The position numbers and the translations under genes are program-made. Source: an uncultured Bdellovibrionales bacterium (GTDB lineage: Bacteria > Bdellovibrionota > UBA1018 > CAIPTA01). From it: 64,000 nucleotides of DNA. The notes under the pieces were generated by a model, which did no database searches, had not been told where the DNA came from, and saw only the letters and a list, made by a program, of their open reading frames with translations. Positions 1 to 8,939 of the stretch are shown piece by piece. The DNA lies in NCBI GenBank assembly GCA_964551325.1, contig CAZKBU010000003.1, positions 287,672 through 351,671 on the forward strand, read 5' to 3'. Within the stretch, counting starts at the first letter, position 1. The number at the start of each line of letters is the position of its first letter.

Positions 1-80
1 AGTTGCAGCGAAAGGGCACTACTCCTAGCCGAAAGCCGGCTTCGTCGGACAGCGACGACCTGGACTTCACGAGTAAGTAG

Positions 81-1034
81 CTAACCCACCACCTGCTCTA
101 AAATTTCCAATCTACCCGCCTTGGTAATTCGGGCTTTCACTCCGAGCGGCAGTGGCTCGTTTCGTGGGCCGTGCCCCACCGGAGCGCCCGTGAGCACCGG
201 CACGCCTCGGCGCAAGAAACGATCTTCCATCACGGCACGCCACCACTTTTTTTCCGCCGGGGTCTTCACCACGAGGTCTGCTTCGAAGTCACCGCAAACC
301 ACTGCCCGCACGCCGTCTAAAGCTCCGCAGTTCCAGAGCTGCGTGATCATGCGATCCAAGCGATAGGCGGGCTCCGCGCAATCTTCCAAAAACAGAATCG
401 CGCCTCGGAAGGAGGGCTGCCACGGAGTGCCTGCGAGGGACGCAATCAGTGTGAGATTACCGCCTAGAAGGGTGCCTTCGATGCCGCGGGAAAGTTTTTC
501 CATCGGCCGGAGCTTCCAGCGAGCCGTGTGACTGGCCGATCCCAGCTTGGCGGATCCTTCCAGCCAATCTCGGAGCGCGCGCACCGTGCCTCCGCCCAAT
601 TTCAGAAATTTCGCAGTGGCCGCCAACGGCGCGTGCACGCTCTTCAGTCCACAGCGTTCCCAGAAATACAGATGAAGCGCGGTAATGTCGGAGTACCCGA
701 GCAAGGGCTTAGGGTCTCGCTTCATCGCGCGGGCCGTTCCCAGCCGATCGAGTTCGGGGAGCAGGCGAGGCACTCCATAGCCGCCGCGAGCACACCAAAG
801 GGTGCGGATCATCGGGTTCGTTACAAAATCGTGAATGTTGCGCGCGCGCACCTCGTCGGGCCCCGCAAGGAAACGTTCCTGGGCGAGGATGCGGTCGTCG
901 AAGCATACGGGATATCCCCAGGCGCCGATGCGTTCGGCGCCTTCATGGAGGAGATGAGGGTCGATCAAGGTGGCGGGTGCAAGAATTCCCACCATGTCGC
1001 CGCGGACCACAGACCGAGGGCTGAGTTTCTTCAT
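81..1034 (-). CDS. LD-carboxypeptidase (peptidase S66, LdcA/MccF-like)
   Basis: 317-aa ORF; N-terminal GILAPA...RGGYG pattern and overall length typical of the S66 LD-carboxypeptidase family; recognised by eye, no search run. Confidence 0.7.
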   Translation of the reverse strand: MKKLSPRSVVRGDMVGILAPATLIDPHLLHEGAERIGAWGYPVCFDDRILAQERFLAGPDEVRARNIHDFVTNPMIRTLWCARGGYGVPRLLPELDRLGTARAMKRDPKPLLGYSDITALHLYFWERCGLKSVHAPLAATAKFLKLGGGTVRALRDWLEGSAKLGSASHTARWKLRPMEKLSRGIEGTLLGGNLTLIASLAGTPWQPSFRGAILFLEDCAEPAYRLDRMITQLWNCGALDGVRAVVCGDFEADLVVKTPAEKKWWRAVMEDRFLRRGVPVLTGAPVGHGPRNEPLPLGVKARITKAGRLEILEQVVG

Positions 1035-1053
1035 GCCCTCAGTATAGCCGGAT

Positions 1054-1557
1054 TTAGCAGCCGCCGCCCACCAGGAAGATTTCCCAAATGGTGTTGTTTT
1101 CTTCGTCGATGATCAGCGGATCGGTCCACGTTACGCCGCACACGGAGCTTCCGCTCGTGGTGTAGCCAAACTTGAGGCCGGCGTCTTTCAGCTTTCGAGC
1201 GGCGGCCCAGATTTTCTCCACCGTGGCACGGTCGAGGTCACCGTTGTTCTTGCTCTCCGCTTCGCCGATGATCAGATCGATCGCTTGGGGGAACTTACAC
1301 AGACCCGTTTCGTTCACGCCGGACTCTTCCGCATTCGGAATTTCCCGAGGAAAATTTACCAGCTTGAACTCGTCCTTATCCATGCCGCTGATGCGCAAGG
1401 CGAAGTCCGTGAGCATTTCGTGGGCGTTCTTGCCCTTTACCTTCCAAGATTTCGACGAGTAGGCGTAACGAGCGAGATCTTTAACCAAGGCGTTGGTATT
1501 GGCGGCGAAGGCCGAGGTCGAGGCGAGAGCGAAACAAACGGCGAGAGCGAGTTTCAT
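1054..1557 (-). CDS. secreted hypothetical protein
   Basis: 167-aa ORF with a classic signal peptide MKLALAVCFALASTSAFA; no recognisable domain. Confidence 0.5.
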   Translation of the reverse strand: MKLALAVCFALASTSAFAANTNALVKDLARYAYSSKSWKVKGKNAHEMLTDFALRISGMDKDEFKLVNFPREIPNAEESGVNETGLCKFPQAIDLIIGEAESKNNGDLDRATVEKIWAAARKLKDAGLKFGYTTSGSSVCGVTWTDPLIIDEENNTIWEIFLVGGGC

Positions 1558-1604
1558 GAGATCCCCCTGAGTGATGGTTTGGACGCGCTGTTTCTAGCCG
1601 CAAG

Positions 1605-1660
1605 TCTGCATTGCGTCAAGATTCGGCAAAGTCGATATGATTCTCTGCATTGATTCAAGA
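1605..1660. repeat. two 17-nt direct repeats (tctgcattgCGtcaaga / tctgcattgATtcaaga) 39 nt apart in a divergent promoter region
   Basis: read directly in the 174-nt intergenic region between the divergent genes 1054..1557(-) and 1732..2781(+). Confidence 0.5.
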
Positions 1661-1731
1661 CGGTTTTGCTGCCTTAATCAGGAAATTGTTGTAAGGATTG
1701 AGGGCTGTAAAAATTTTACGGGAGGGGCCCC

Positions 1732-2781
1732 ATGGCCAAGAAGCTTTCCAACGAAAAGCTCAAAGAAATTCATTCCCTTATGGTGCTCGCGCGGCTGCTG
1801 GAAGAGCGCGTGATCAAAATGAACAAAGCCAACGAGGGATACTTTTGGATCGGTGGTCCGGGCGAGGAGGCTTTTGCCGTACCTCTTGGATTCTTGATCA
1901 ACAAGGGCCAGGGCATTCAGCACGATTTCTTGCACTTTCACTACCGAGCAGCGGCCACGATCTTAGCGATGGGCGGTGAGCCGATCAACGCCATCCGGCA
2001 GATGCGCGCCGTAGCCACGGACCCATATTCCGGGGGCCGCAACTTTGTGAACCACTACTCGATCAAGAAGTGGAACGTGGTGCCGGTGAGTAGCTGTATT
2101 GAGGTGCAGTACCTGCAGTCGATCGGCACCGCTCACGCCCAGCGAGCCAAGGGATGTAAGGGAATTTCGATCGTGACGGGTGGCGATGCCGGAACTGCCG
2201 AGGGCGACTTCGCCAGCGCCCTCGTGTGGAGCTCGCGTCCTGCCGGAGAGCTTCCACTTCTTATGATCGTAACCAATAACCGTTTCGGCATTTCCACGCC
2301 GTGGGACGGTCAGCACGGAGAGCGTTACATCGCCGACCGCGGCAAGGCGTTCGGCATCAAAACCGCCGTAGTGAACGGCAACGACGTGTTCGAGGCCTGG
2401 GAGGCCTTGGAAGACGCCATGAATTACGTGCGTACGGAACGCAAACCCTTCCTGATGGAAGTGGCCGTGAGCCGTCTCTACGGACACAGTTCCGCGAGCG
2501 GCGCCAATCGTGTTCCCCATGAGGCCGACTGCATTACGCTTTTCGAAGAAAAGCTGATGAAACAGAAGATCCTTACGGAAAAGGAAATCAAACAGATCTG
2601 GGACAAGCACCTGGCCCACATCACTGAGGCTTATCAGCAAGTGCGGAAAGAGCCTTTCCCTGATCCGCGCACCATTTACGATCACGTTTGGGCCGACGAC
2701 GGCAACAACGGACGCGACACATTTGCCGAGGGCATCGGCGTGGACTTCACGCTGAATCCGCCCCCACCGGCGCACCACTGA
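1732..2781 (+). CDS. 2-oxo-acid dehydrogenase E1 component, alpha subunit (TPP-dependent; pyruvate/branched-chain/acetoin type)
   Basis: 349-aa ORF preceded by GGGAGG RBS; TPP-dependent E1alpha-like sequence (YRAAATILAMGG..., GDAGTAEGDF); followed immediately by an E1beta gene. Confidence 0.85.
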   Translation: MAKKLSNEKLKEIHSLMVLARLLEERVIKMNKANEGYFWIGGPGEEAFAVPLGFLINKGQGIQHDFLHFHYRAAATILAMGGEPINAIRQMRAVATDPYSGGRNFVNHYSIKKWNVVPVSSCIEVQYLQSIGTAHAQRAKGCKGISIVTGGDAGTAEGDFASALVWSSRPAGELPLLMIVTNNRFGISTPWDGQHGERYIADRGKAFGIKTAVVNGNDVFEAWEALEDAMNYVRTERKPFLMEVAVSRLYGHSSASGANRVPHEADCITLFEEKLMKQKILTEKEIKQIWDKHLAHITEAYQQVRKEPFPDPRTIYDHVWADDGNNGRDTFAEGIGVDFTLNPPPPAHH

Positions 2782-2798
2782 TTTTTTAGGAGCAAACG

Positions 2799-3860
2799 AT
2801 GGCAACCGTAGCACAATCCATCCGCATGGCTCTGGCCTACGCCGAGCAAAATCTCGATCTGAAGGATATTTTCGGAGAAGACGTGGGACCTCCTCTGGGC
2901 GGTGCCTTCACGGTCACTCAAGGTCTTACCAAGAGCTGGAACTCGCCTCTCGACGAGCGCGGTATCATCGGCATGGCGACCGGTCTCGGTCTCGCCGGGC
3001 AGCGTTGCGTGGCGGAAATTCAATTCGCCGACTACATCTTCAACACGATCGATCTTCTGAAGCTTGCCGGAAACATCTCCTGGTCGTCGAACGGGGATTT
3101 CAACTGCCCGATCGTGGTGATGACTCCCTCGGGCTCCGGCATTCACGGTTCGATCTATCACTCCCACTCCTTCGAGGCCTGGGCCGCCCGGATTCCCGGC
3201 TGGAAAACAGTGATTCCCTCGAACGCGCTTGATGCCTATGGGCTGATGCTTTCCGCCATCGAAGACCCCAACCCGGTGATGTATCTCATTCCGAAGGCGC
3301 TGATGAGGGTTAAGGGCAAGGATCTCGTGCCCGGCGAACCGGCCGACGAGAAAGAGCTCAAGGCGATGATCGACGCTCCGGTGAATCCGGAGGACCGTAA
3401 GAAGTGGAAGCCGCGCTGGCCAAAGCTCGAGGCCTATAAGGTGCCGATCGGCAAGGCCCGCCACGTGATGCAGGGTGATCATGCCACGGTAGTGAGCTGC
3501 GGCCGCCCTCAGGTTTTGGTGGAAGCGGTGGCGGAAAAGCTGGCCGCCGAAGGGATTCACTACGATGTGTTCGACCTTCGCACGATTTATCCCTACGACT
3601 GGGATGCGATCCGCGCCTCCGTGGAGCGCACTGGCCGCGTGATCTACATCAATGAAGACACCGAAGTGTGTAATCTTTCCGAGCATCTCCTGCGCCGCAC
3701 CTGCGACGAGTTGTTTTATTCCTTGAAGGTTCGTCCGCGCGCCATCGGGGGTAAGCAGGTGCCCGGTATCGGCATTTGTCCCACGCTGGAAGATGTGAGT
3801 GTTCCGCAGATGAACCACATCGAGAAAGAAATGCGCGAGCTGGTGGAGGAACCGGCGTAA
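2799..3860 (+). CDS. 2-oxo-acid dehydrogenase E1 component, beta subunit
   Basis: 353-aa ORF with AGGAG RBS; transketolase-like E1beta pattern (IQFADYIF, VVMTPSGSGIHGS); genomic context with E1alpha. Confidence 0.85.
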   Translation: MATVAQSIRMALAYAEQNLDLKDIFGEDVGPPLGGAFTVTQGLTKSWNSPLDERGIIGMATGLGLAGQRCVAEIQFADYIFNTIDLLKLAGNISWSSNGDFNCPIVVMTPSGSGIHGSIYHSHSFEAWAARIPGWKTVIPSNALDAYGLMLSAIEDPNPVMYLIPKALMRVKGKDLVPGEPADEKELKAMIDAPVNPEDRKKWKPRWPKLEAYKVPIGKARHVMQGDHATVVSCGRPQVLVEAVAEKLAAEGIHYDVFDLRTIYPYDWDAIRASVERTGRVIYINEDTEVCNLSEHLLRRTCDELFYSLKVRPRAIGGKQVPGIGICPTLEDVSVPQMNHIEKEMRELVEEPA

Positions 3861-4891
3861 TGCTTCTCGATCTCGATCGCTTACTCCTTCGCCGCTGCTA
3901 CGACTTGGCTCGATCCGGGCGGAAAGCGCCAACGCGTCTGGGACTTCCGATCGAGCCAACTTGGTCCGCGCTATTGGCAAAAGGTGAGGAAGTGGTCGCT
4001 TCGGGGTTGCAGCTTCCGGGTGATCCGCAAGATGCGGTGAAGGCATTACCCGTGAGCGGCGACATGTCGGATCACACCCTGTACCTCACGATCGAGCCGT
4101 CCAGCACTTATCAACGGATCGCACCGGTTACGGAGAGCATCCGCGCCTTGGGCGTGAAGCGGGTGGTGGTGGGAGCGGAAAATCCGGTGCAGCGGTTCCG
4201 CGGCAAGGGAATCGCGGTGCTCCGTCAGTTCGGCATTGAGGTGATACTTGCCGACGGCGAAGACGGACGCCTGTGCCAGATGCTCTACGAAGATTTTTCA
4301 AAGTCGATGAATCGCTCTTTGCCCACTTTGCGATTGCTTCTCTCCCTGGATGTGGAGGAGGCTACTGCCCGCCCCGGGAGCGGGAACCACAGTCTCTCCA
4401 TCTCCTACGATGCTCTCCTTGTTCATGGTCGAGACGCGCTGCGAGTGCAGCTGAGAGAGGGTTCCTGGCTGGTGGTGATCGATCCGGACCTGGAGTTTCA
4501 TTCCCTCGAGCAATTGCCCGTGAAGAACGCGTTGGTGTTCCAGCCCGAAGGTCAGGACGTGGTGCGGGACGGATTCTACACTGTGCCTCGGCGCGATCTT
4601 TTTCTCGATCTCGCGATGGTGTTGCGAAAACTCCGTGACTTGGGACTGCTATCGGTAGTGAGTCCGGGTGGAAAAGATTTATTCCGCTATGCGATCGGCT
4701 CCGACTTAGTCGATTCCGCGATTTCCGTGGTTCAGTCGAAGGACGCGGCAGCGCTCACGCTTTCGCGCCTGGCCCAACTCAACGTGCGCGCTGATGGATG
4801 GGAGCCCCGGGTGAAGCTTTTGAGCCCGCGATTGATTGAGACCGCCGATCAGGACCTCATGGTCGAGTCGGAGATACGGTTGCAGAACTAA
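3860..4891 (+). CDS. RibD-like protein (deaminase-like N-terminal domain with degenerate Zn-binding motifs plus RibD_C-like reductase-like C-terminal part)
   Basis: start ATG overlaps the E1beta stop (TAATG); LYLTIEPSS aligns to the RibD 'ATLYVTLEPC' region but HAE and the PCxxC cysteines are absent. Confidence 0.45.
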   Translation: MLLDLDRLLLRRCYDLARSGRKAPTRLGLPIEPTWSALLAKGEEVVASGLQLPGDPQDAVKALPVSGDMSDHTLYLTIEPSSTYQRIAPVTESIRALGVKRVVVGAENPVQRFRGKGIAVLRQFGIEVILADGEDGRLCQMLYEDFSKSMNRSLPTLRLLLSLDVEEATARPGSGNHSLSISYDALLVHGRDALRVQLREGSWLVVIDPDLEFHSLEQLPVKNALVFQPEGQDVVRDGFYTVPRRDLFLDLAMVLRKLRDLGLLSVVSPGGKDLFRYAIGSDLVDSAISVVQSKDAAALTLSRLAQLNVRADGWEPRVKLLSPRLIETADQDLMVESEIRLQN

Positions 4892-4906
4892 TTCTTCCCC
4901 CTTACG

Positions 4907-5119
4907 ATGGACGCCAATATGCATCTCAATCTTCCGAAAAATCCCCACGAACGAACGATGAAATGCCCGGTTTGCGGCGTAAGTTTTTCCTCCATGCCGG
5001 TGAAGCGGGGCACTTCTCCCGATCGTCCTCTTGAGGAAGTGGTAGAGCAGCACGTGTGTCCGAATGGGCATGTGTACCTGACGGAAATCGGAAAGAGCGA
5101 AATGCTCTCCCAGCACTGA
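4907..5119 (+). CDS. small zinc-ribbon-like protein (two Cys pairs, CPVCG...CPNGH)
   Basis: 70-aa ORF; two CxxC-like pairs; weak. Confidence 0.3.
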   Translation: MDANMHLNLPKNPHERTMKCPVCGVSFSSMPVKRGTSPDRPLEEVVEQHVCPNGHVYLTEIGKSEMLSQH

Positions 5120-5269
5120 CTGAAAATCGGAAATTCTAAATCAATTTAAATAGTTAGTTGGAAAAACGCCGTTTGCTGTGGATCAGCTTTTCGTTGGCTA
5201 ATCTCGGGTTCTTGGTCTTTACGACACAATGTGTTAATTCCGGTCCATTCAAATTTGGAAGGGGATTTT

Positions 5270-5755
5270 ATGCGTCTGATTATCACTGCACTAGCTCTCG
5301 TAATTTCAAGCTCCGCCTTTGCTCAGCCTTGCGGACATCTCAGCCAGTTTGCCCATGCCAGGGCCTGTATGAAGCAGTTTGCAGAAGCGCGTGTGCCGCA
5401 GGGTTCGAATGGCGACCACCTCGTTTATGTGACTGCTTCGGAGAAGTCATTTGAAGCGATTCAGCAGCTGGTGACGGACTACACCGGGCGCGATCTCTCG
5501 GTGGCGCGTAAAGAACGTCTGCTGGAAAAGGTCTCCCATAGCGAGTGGGCTGCCTTGGTGATTCAGATGGACGACGAGCCCATCGTTCACTACTTCCTTT
5601 TGGAAAGCGGTGAGGAGCCGGTGAAGGTTCTTCGCTTCAATCCTGTAGATGCAGGCGACATCTTTTTCCCTAATCTTTTTGGAAAGTCTGGACCGTTCAC
5701 CCTTTACATAAAGAATCTCGAGAACTGGATCTACGAAATGTTTGAGCGCGGTTGA
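5270..5755 (+). CDS. secreted hypothetical protein
   Basis: GGAAGGGG RBS then ATG; signal peptide MRLIITALALVISSSAFA; local GC lower than surroundings; possible weak terminator hairpin 5797..5831. Confidence 0.5.
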   Translation: MRLIITALALVISSSAFAQPCGHLSQFAHARACMKQFAEARVPQGSNGDHLVYVTASEKSFEAIQQLVTDYTGRDLSVARKERLLEKVSHSEWAALVIQMDDEPIVHYFLLESGEEPVKVLRFNPVDAGDIFFPNLFGKSGPFTLYIKNLENWIYEMFERG

Positions 5756-5796
5756 GTCCGCTGCTCAGCATTGTCTGACAAAATTAATACGAAATG

Positions 5797-5831
5797 ACCC
5801 GGATAGAGTGCTTCTAGCCGGGTTTTTCTTT
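5797..5831 (+). terminator. weak candidate rho-independent terminator (acccgg-N13-ccgggt followed by TTTTTCTTT)
   Basis: 6-bp GC stem, 13-nt loop, T-run, immediately downstream of the 5270..5755 gene. Confidence 0.3.
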
Positions 5832-5886
5832 GCCCGCAGGGACCGTTTCTCTCAGGGTTTCACGGACTTGTTCCGATACGTTGGTG

Positions 5887-7929
5887 ATGAGGAATTGGGC
5901 GGAACTTCTTTACCGACGGGCAGGCGGCCGGGTCTACCCCACGGCGTCGCCGGCCATCCCTATTCTCGCCGTTATTTTGTTGATCGCCGTCTTTCTTGGG
6001 CCGGCTTCCATCAAAGAACACGGTGAACTCACCAGTGTGCGACCTTCGATTCCGATGGGCGATCGTTCCTGGCGCGTGGTTTATCCTAGGACGGGTGCGT
6101 CCGACCCCGTCACAGAAGCGGAATGTCCCGTGTCTCCGTTGTGTCTCGCTCGCACTGAAAACCCTCTCCTTTGGATGAGCAACTTTCGTAGAAGTGGTGA
6201 GGATCTCGCCTACCACTTCGGCCGACTTCAGGATTTGAAGAGCGAGCACTACTGGCTCGGTCTTCGGATTCCGCCTGAAAAGCTGCGAGAGGCGTTCCAT
6301 TCCGACGCCACAAGATTTCTCGTGGGCTACTTTTTTTCAAGCTTTGAAGTTTATGTCGACGGAAAACTCTGGGATCGGTTCGACCAAAAGCTCATTCGTC
6401 GTCCCTTGATGTTGGAGTTTTCAAAAGAGCGGCTCGCTTCAGGGAAGGAACTCTCGATTGCCATTCGAGTGAAACGAAATCCGGGGGAAAGTTTTCCCGA
6501 CGATTTCCACGCGGATCGCACCGGATTCGCCACGGAAAGAGAAAGCGCATTCTGGGCCAGGTCATCGGTGTTTGCCTATCAGAGTAAGCCGTTTTTTCTC
6601 GTGGGATTCAGCCTGTCGCTTTCTCTCTTTTTTCTGATGCTCTGGATGTTCAACAGTGATCGTCACGAATACGGAGCCATGGCTGCCTTCAATCTTCTGG
6701 AAGTAATGCGCCAGGGCCTTGAAATGAGCTTTGTTTGGTCCCAGCTCACGGGATTGCCCTGGTATCAGGCCAACCTAATTGCCGTTTGGTTTCAAGCGGT
6801 ATTCGGGCTAGCGCTAGCATTCTCCATTGCCCGATTTCGCTCTGGTCCCCAGGCGGTGGTGTTGCCGCTCCTCTTGCTTATTCCGTTCCCGATTGTGGCG
6901 GTTGTTTCCACAGGGCTCGGCCTTTGGAGCCTTGCGGTACCGATCGAGAGGTTCTTGGTGCCGGGTGCTTATTTCGTAGGCGCGGTTCTCTGCGGACTAC
7001 AATGGCGTGCTCTGCAGTCGGATGCAAAGCGAGCGGTTCTCATGGACCAGTTTCGCAGTTTGAAACTCGGCGCATTTTCTCTGGGGTTCGCGTTGTTGGG
7101 GGCTTTCCAGATTTTCGCCTCTCGTGAGCTGGATGAGCTCACTTCCACGTTGCCCTATACTTTTCGGTCCTCCGCTCTTCTCGTTACGGTGATCATGGGC
7201 GCCTTTGTTATGGCCGACATTCGTAGATCCCAGCACTTGATGAAAAAGATCCCCGTAAGTCGCTTCCATCGCCGGAATCAACTTCCGGAAGAGGTGCGTT
7301 GCGTGCTCCTCTCCATCGACATCAAGGGCTCGGAGGAACTTTTCCGGCTGGGGGCCAGTTTGGGTGTGGGGGGCGACTTCGTGCACTCCTGTATTGAAAA
7401 CATGGCGAGAGTTCTCGGGGCGCGAGGCTTTGAGATCGTGGCCACAGAGGGTGACTCCGTGATTGCCTTCCTGGAAGCAAGCGAGCCCGCCGCATCGGTA
7501 AGCCGTGCGGCCCAAGTGTTGCCGGAACTCGAAGCGGAACTGCAGGCGATCGGCGCCGACTATCGGAAGCGCCACGGTTTCCAGGGCGGCATTCACTTTC
7601 GTAGCGCCTTGGGATTCGGTGCCATCCGCCCTGTATGGGTGAAGGCCGGTGGTGTGAATCGTGCAGAGTGGACCGAAGCCGGCAAGACCAATCTATTTGT
7701 GGACGTGGCCCGAATTCTGGAAGGGGAGCGCGCAGTGGCGCCCGAAGGTATTTCTACTCTCGTGGTGGCAGAGGCTCTCAGTATGGCTGCCGTTTCCCAC
7801 GGCGGAGACGCACTGGAGCTGGTGAAGCGTTCGGTGGAAGTTTTTGATAAGAATCGGCAGCCGCATCGTGTGGCCTTGGTCGCGGTGTATCCGGCGGGGC
7901 TTCCTTCGGAGCAGATGGATGTGGGCTAG
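5887..7929 (+). CDS. 7TM receptor (7TMR-DISM-like periplasmic + 7 TM segments) fused to a class III nucleotidyl cyclase (CHD) domain
   Basis: ORF 5830..7929; likely start at Met20 (5887), since the T-run of the upstream hairpin overlaps 5830; N-terminal signal anchor and ~190-aa extracytoplasmic region; ~7 hydrophobic helices; C-terminal VLLSIDIKGSEELF...ATEGDSVIAF...GIHF...KTNLFVDVAR matches the cyclase-homology-domain core motifs. Confidence 0.55.
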   Translation: MRNWAELLYRRAGGRVYPTASPAIPILAVILLIAVFLGPASIKEHGELTSVRPSIPMGDRSWRVVYPRTGASDPVTEAECPVSPLCLARTENPLLWMSNFRRSGEDLAYHFGRLQDLKSEHYWLGLRIPPEKLREAFHSDATRFLVGYFFSSFEVYVDGKLWDRFDQKLIRRPLMLEFSKERLASGKELSIAIRVKRNPGESFPDDFHADRTGFATERESAFWARSSVFAYQSKPFFLVGFSLSLSLFFLMLWMFNSDRHEYGAMAAFNLLEVMRQGLEMSFVWSQLTGLPWYQANLIAVWFQAVFGLALAFSIARFRSGPQAVVLPLLLLIPFPIVAVVSTGLGLWSLAVPIERFLVPGAYFVGAVLCGLQWRALQSDAKRAVLMDQFRSLKLGAFSLGFALLGAFQIFASRELDELTSTLPYTFRSSALLVTVIMGAFVMADIRRSQHLMKKIPVSRFHRRNQLPEEVRCVLLSIDIKGSEELFRLGASLGVGGDFVHSCIENMARVLGARGFEIVATEGDSVIAFLEASEPAASVSRAAQVLPELEAELQAIGADYRKRHGFQGGIHFRSALGFGAIRPVWVKAGGVNRAEWTEAGKTNLFVDVARILEGERAVAPEGISTLVVAEALSMAAVSHGGDALELVKRSVEVFDKNRQPHRVALVAVYPAGLPSEQMDVG

Positions 7930-8890
7930 GCTGCTCTCGGTTGCCAGTATTTTCATCGCGTCGAGTGTCTGGGCAAGAGGATCCTCCTGTGCGGACCTCT
8001 ACGCCGAGCCGTCGGGCCTGGCAGTGGCGGCCGGTGACTTTGGGATCGGGCGATCCGCACTGATTCGCAAGGAAGTTCAGTCTATACGAGGATGGATTCA
8101 GGGAGAGGCCCGGGCGGTGGACGGCTTTGCGAGCCAGCTGCCGGAAACGGAAGTGGCCGTGAATCGGTTCCGCTTTGCGACCGGTCTCTACCGCGGCTCC
8201 CGAGACGTGGTTACGGTTCCGTCGCGAGCAATCGATTCGTGGGAGAAGATCGTCGGCCCGCAGTCGATCGAGGTTCTTTATGTGCCGGGAGCGGATGTAC
8301 CTTATCTCCCTGAGAAGGTGCGCCATGTGGGCCACATCGCGGTGAGGGTGGGCAACATGGTCTACCATCAAACCGGTGGATCCGGTTTCCGAAAGGAAAC
8401 TCTGCAGCAGTTCATTTTGGAAACGAAGGCGGATCACAAGGTCTATGGCACGGTGCTGAAGGCGTCGCCTCGGGAACGGGAGATCATGCGCCGGTATTTT
8501 GATGCGATGTTTGACAAGCAGGTGCCGTATTCGTTTCTCCTCAACAATTGTTCGGAAGCGGCCTGTCGGGCGATGAGCTATGCGGGAGTGATGAATTTGC
8601 CGCGGGCGGCGGGTCTCGATCCTTTCGTCATGAAGAAAATCGTGGCTCGCCGGAGCGACCGCGTGGTCGTGCGTACGGTTTACAACGCCGAAAAAGAAGG
8701 TGATTGGAGGGAGCTGCGAAACGCCGTACTCCGGAACCGGATGTTTTTTTACGGAGTTCCTGTCGGCGTAACGGGCGCTGCGGGAACGGGGTTGGGGTAT
8801 GGGATTTGGGAGGCTTCCGAGTTGCTCTCCGATTGGATTTCCGAAGTGAGGGATTCCATGGACGAAACCGGAGAAAACGCGGCGCGTTAA
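7919..8890 (+). CDS. secreted hypothetical protein (possible permuted papain-like/amidase fold; His...Cys order)
   Basis: signal peptide MWARLLSVASIFIASSVWA; the protein reads naturally, whereas the antisense 460-aa ORF is Arg/Pro junk; GHIAVRVGNMVYH and NNCSEAACRAM segments. Confidence 0.5.
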   Translation: MWARLLSVASIFIASSVWARGSSCADLYAEPSGLAVAAGDFGIGRSALIRKEVQSIRGWIQGEARAVDGFASQLPETEVAVNRFRFATGLYRGSRDVVTVPSRAIDSWEKIVGPQSIEVLYVPGADVPYLPEKVRHVGHIAVRVGNMVYHQTGGSGFRKETLQQFILETKADHKVYGTVLKASPREREIMRRYFDAMFDKQVPYSFLLNNCSEAACRAMSYAGVMNLPRAAGLDPFVMKKIVARRSDRVVVRTVYNAEKEGDWRELRNAVLRNRMFFYGVPVGVTGAAGTGLGYGIWEASELLSDWISEVRDSMDETGENAAR

Positions 8891-8939
8891 TCCGGTACCG
8901 TTCCTTGCGTTTGCCCGGCGCGAAAGATAAGTTCCGAGC

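Noticed and set aside
2682-4046. 454-aa ORF on the minus strand
   Set aside because: Antisense to the well-supported E1beta gene; translation is Arg/His/Pro-rich without protein-like character, a typical high-GC shadow ORF.
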